Below the pieces are notes generated by a model that saw only the letters and a program-made list of their open reading frames with translations, did no database searches and was not told the DNA's origin. Position numbers and translations under genes: made by a program. From Gemmatimonas sp. (lineage in GTDB: Bacteria; Gemmatimonadota; Gemmatimonadetes; Gemmatimonadales; Gemmatimonadaceae), in assembly GCA_031414535.1 (NCBI GenBank), contig JANNVQ010000040.1, forward strand, positions 1 to 64,000: a DNA stretch of 64,000 nt, in the 5' to 3' direction. Below are positions 61,035 to 64,000 of this stretch, piece by piece. Each line of letters opens with the position of its first letter. Within the stretch, counting starts at the first letter, position 1.

Positions 61035-62362
61035 AATCGCAAGGAGACGTAGTACTCGCGCCGTAGAATATCTAACGTGCGGCGCGTGGAGCGCTCCTCA
61101 CGCAGTTGCTGGCGCACGCGCTCCTGATATTCGTCAAGGGTCCACTGGCCCGCCGCCTTGGCGGTAGTGACCTGCGCGAAGATGTATTTCCGCAGGTTGG
61201 TGCTCGGATCAGGGATTGGGAAGACCTCCGAGAAGGCCCCGACGCCAAGCTGGCGCAACGCCAAACGATACTCGGGCGGTAACGAGTCAATCGGCACGCC
61301 ATCGGGAATGCTGCGTTCCTCAGACCGATCGTGGAACTTGGCCACGACCGTGTCATAGGGCATGCCGGCCTTCCACAAAGCGAGCGCCGAATCCGCGCGG
61401 GCCTTGGCAACCGTGGCGTCCGCTTCGTCCATGGTGGGGCGAATCAGAATGTGGCGCGCGCGCACTTCACCCGCGCGCACACGGTCCACACGCATCACGT
61501 GGAAGCCGAACTCAGTCTCGACCACCGGACTGATACGACCCGGCAGCAAGGCGAACATCATGTTGTCGAAGGCCTGCACCATGACGCCGCGACGATTCCA
61601 ACCGAGGTCACCGCCTTGTGTTGCCGAACCATCCATCGACACAGCGCGCGCGAGAGAGTCGAAGTCCGCTCCGGCCTCGAGTTGCGCACGGATTGAGTCA
61701 ATGCGCGCCCGTGCCTTGGCCATATTCTCAGCACGTGGCCGCGGAGAAATCACAATCTGTCGGAACGCGACCATCGCTGGGCGGGGTCCCAAGCGCGCCT
61801 TCAAGCGCTCGAAGGCCTCCGCCACATCGCGCTCCGTAACGTTGACCGGCGCCAAGCGGCCGAGTGCACGCAAGGTATCGAGCGCCTTTCGCTGACGCTC
61901 GTCACGCTGCGCCTGTTCAATCGTACGCTTGCGATACTCCTCAGGCGTACCAAATCCCTCACGGCGCAACGCCTCTCGGAACTCCGCCTCCGTGGCAAAC
62001 TGGCCACGAATCTGATCCATCTGCTGCTCGACCTTGGCCGACACTTCTGTTTCGGGAACCTCGAGCTTGTAGTCCGTCGCAACGGCGACAAGCACTTCCT
62101 CATCCACGAGCTGCTCAAGCATCTGGCGCGCGAAGGCGTACTGCCCCGCCGAGTCAGGAGGCAACTGCATCCCGTTGGCACGCGCGGCGTTGATGCGCTC
62201 CAGCACCTCACTCCAGAGAATGGGCTTGCTGGCCACAACCGCGACCACCCGATCAATGGGGATGATCCGCATGCCCGACATCGACTCCTGCGCCGCCACG
62301 GGGGCGGCGCAGAGGCCGAGGCCGACGAGGGCCGAGAGCGCGCGGAGAAAACGCTTCATCAC
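61031..62362 (-). CDS. surA: SurA-like parvulin peptidyl-prolyl isomerase
   Basis: IDRVVAVV, GGDLGW, ETEFGFH, RARHILI; upstream of pdxA. Confidence 0.8.
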   Translation of the reverse strand: MMKRFLRALSALVGLGLCAAPVAAQESMSGMRIIPIDRVVAVVASKPILWSEVLERINAARANGMQLPPDSAGQYAFARQMLEQLVDEEVLVAVATDYKLEVPETEVSAKVEQQMDQIRGQFATEAEFREALRREGFGTPEEYRKRTIEQAQRDERQRKALDTLRALGRLAPVNVTERDVAEAFERLKARLGPRPAMVAFRQIVISPRPRAENMAKARARIDSIRAQLEAGADFDSLARAVSMDGSATQGGDLGWNRRGVMVQAFDNMMFALLPGRISPVVETEFGFHVMRVDRVRAGEVRARHILIRPTMDEADATVAKARADSALALWKAGMPYDTVVAKFHDRSEERSIPDGVPIDSLPPEYRLALRQLGVGAFSEVFPIPDPSTNLRKYIFAQVTTAKAAGQWTLDEYQERVRQQLREERSTRRTLDILRREYYVSLRL

Positions 62363-63789
62363 GGGTTGGGTGTTGGCATCGGCACGGCAGACGGCGGCTG
62401 GGTGCTACCCGCCGTCGAATCAGCGACCGCGCGCAGGCGCGTGGCCTCTGCGAGCGCACGCTCCAAGCCAGCCGGCACCACGCGCCACTCAAAGCGATCG
62501 CGCAACACGAGCGCAACCTGCTCGGGAACTTCAATGAAGCCCGCCTCGCCCTTCACCAGCGAGCGGAGGTAGGCGTTGGCACGGTTGGCGGCCAGCGCTT
62601 CACGCGCCGACTCGTTGTCCGTGGTGTCGCCGAGCTGCGTCGGCGAGAGGTTGAGCTGCGTCATCGAACCCGTAACGGCACCCCAAAACGCGTTGCGCGC
62701 TTCGCGCATCGTGTTCGAGTCCGGCTCCACGCCCAGCGAGTCCGCACGCTTCAACAACAACTCGTTGCGCATGATGTTCATGACAAACTGCGGAATCAGC
62801 GAATCTGGCGCTTCCATCAACTGCGGGCGAATCTGCGACTGCGCCGGGAAGGCGGCCATCCACTGCGCCATACGGCCAGCGGTGAGGTCAACTTTGCGCG
62901 AGGTCGCGATGGTCGTGCGGTCATCGCGGTAGGCGTCAATGTCCTCAGCCATTGCCTTCACCAAGCGCGCGGCGTTGGACTTCACCTGCACATTCTGGCC
63001 GACTTCGGCGCTGGCGAAGAAGGTGCTCTCCGCCTTCTGGGTCAGACGGGCCGCGTACTGCTCGCCAAACTGGGTCTTCACTTCATCCCAAGTGCTGCGG
63101 CGAATGATGTGGTAGCCGAACTGGGTCTCGACCACGCCCGTGATGGCACCTGGCGCGACGCTGAGAATGCCCTTCTCGAACTCCGGCACCATGGTGCCCG
63201 GTGGGAACACACCGTAATCACCGCCGCGGTCCTTGGAGCCCGGATCGGTGGAGCGGGTGCGAGCCACACGGCCAAAGGTCGCTGAGGTAACGGTGCGAGC
63301 GATACCTTCGGCCTCGCGACGTAGGGAATCATTTGCCGCCGTGCCCAGCCCTTCGGGCTGCTTGGAGATCAAGATGTGCGCGGCGCCGAGGAGTTCACCG
63401 GCCTCGTAGGCCGCCTTGAACTTGGCGCTATCGGGCGTCGCGGCGGCGCGGGAGTACTCCTCGTAGAGCTTCGTGAGCCGCATCTGCTCGATGGTGGACC
63501 ACATGCCTTGGTTGGCCAACTCGACGGTGCCGAGCGTGTCACCCTTCGAGGAGGCGAGGCCGAGGAGCTGGTAGTTCACCCACATTTGAGCGATGGTGCG
63601 GACAACGTCGGCTCGGAGGGGAACCTGTGGTGCAGCGGCCATCATGTCGGCCAGCTGCGTGACGGTCAGTTCCTGGCTTCCGGCGCGCGCGACGACGTCC
63701 ACATGGGAAGTCATGGCGTCCTTAATGGCACCGCAGGCAGTGGCGGCCGTGAGCACAACGGCGAGCAGGGAGAGGCGAAGGCGAGTCAT
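62359..63789 (-). CDS. Parvulin-type PPIase lipoprotein
   Basis: AATAC lipobox, AAHILI, DPGSKDRGGD, MVPEFE, ETQFGYHII. Confidence 0.88.
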   Translation of the reverse strand: MTRLRLSLLAVVLTAATACGAIKDAMTSHVDVVARAGSQELTVTQLADMMAAAPQVPLRADVVRTIAQMWVNYQLLGLASSKGDTLGTVELANQGMWSTIEQMRLTKLYEEYSRAAATPDSAKFKAAYEAGELLGAAHILISKQPEGLGTAANDSLRREAEGIARTVTSATFGRVARTRSTDPGSKDRGGDYGVFPPGTMVPEFEKGILSVAPGAITGVVETQFGYHIIRRSTWDEVKTQFGEQYAARLTQKAESTFFASAEVGQNVQVKSNAARLVKAMAEDIDAYRDDRTTIATSRKVDLTAGRMAQWMAAFPAQSQIRPQLMEAPDSLIPQFVMNIMRNELLLKRADSLGVEPDSNTMREARNAFWGAVTGSMTQLNLSPTQLGDTTDNESAREALAANRANAYLRSLVKGEAGFIEVPEQVALVLRDRFEWRVVPAGLERALAEATRLRAVADSTAGSTQPPSAVPMPTPNP

Positions 63790-63823
63790 TGGTGCCGAAA
63801 AGAGGAAAATGAGATGAACACTG

Positions 63824-64000
63824 TTACCGCAAATCGGGCTCGATGGTCCTCAGCGCCCGGACAATACCTTCCAAAAGAGATGAGCCGCCGAGTCGCGTAA
63901 GCCTGAGCGACAACGGTTGGACCCGGGCCACGTCCACCTGGAACTGCACCTCCCGGAACGCGGCCGCGAGCGGCTTTAGACGCGGAACGGCGTCAGCCCT
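63824..64000 (-). CDS. 3' end of a gene truncated by the window edge, probably Mfd
   Basis: Open frame RADAVPRLKPLAAAFREVQFQ...LRTIEPDLR*; identity inferred from mfd-PPIase-surA-pdxA synteny. Confidence 0.5.
   Translation of the reverse strand, partial: RADAVPRLKPLAAAFREVQFQVDVARVQPLSLRLTRLGGSSLLEGIVRALRTIEPDLR

Overview
GC-rich bacterial chromosomal segment, most consistent with Gemmatimonadota (inferred from gene content and order, not from a search). It is mostly housekeeping: M16 protease pair, dut, cysK, efp, typA, pilT-like, pdxA, SurA-like PPIases, probable mfd 3' end and 10 tRNAs. Accessory blocks include a GH5/GH2-galK-galM-galT sugar cluster with an SSS symporter and alpha-amylase, a YtrA-type GntR/ABC operon, arsR-arsM-arsN and an orphan Pycsar-type membrane effector. 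The standout signal is absent from the ORF track. Upstream of phenylalanine 4-hydroxylase (phhA, 26041-26826) are a sigma70-like promoter, a 28-aa leader ORF with four tandem Tyr codons (25872-25958), and mutually exclusive pause, antiterminator and terminator hairpins. Together these look like a tyrosine-sensing, ribosome-dependent transcription attenuator. Other signals are a recurring leaderless TANNNT-N6/7-ATG promoter layout, candidate DtxR/MntR, YtrA and ArsR operators, two families of intergenic palindromes, a non-matching tRNA-Pro 3' fragment, and an EF-P with Asn at the usually modified Lys/Arg site. No CRISPR array, integrase or transposase was seen.
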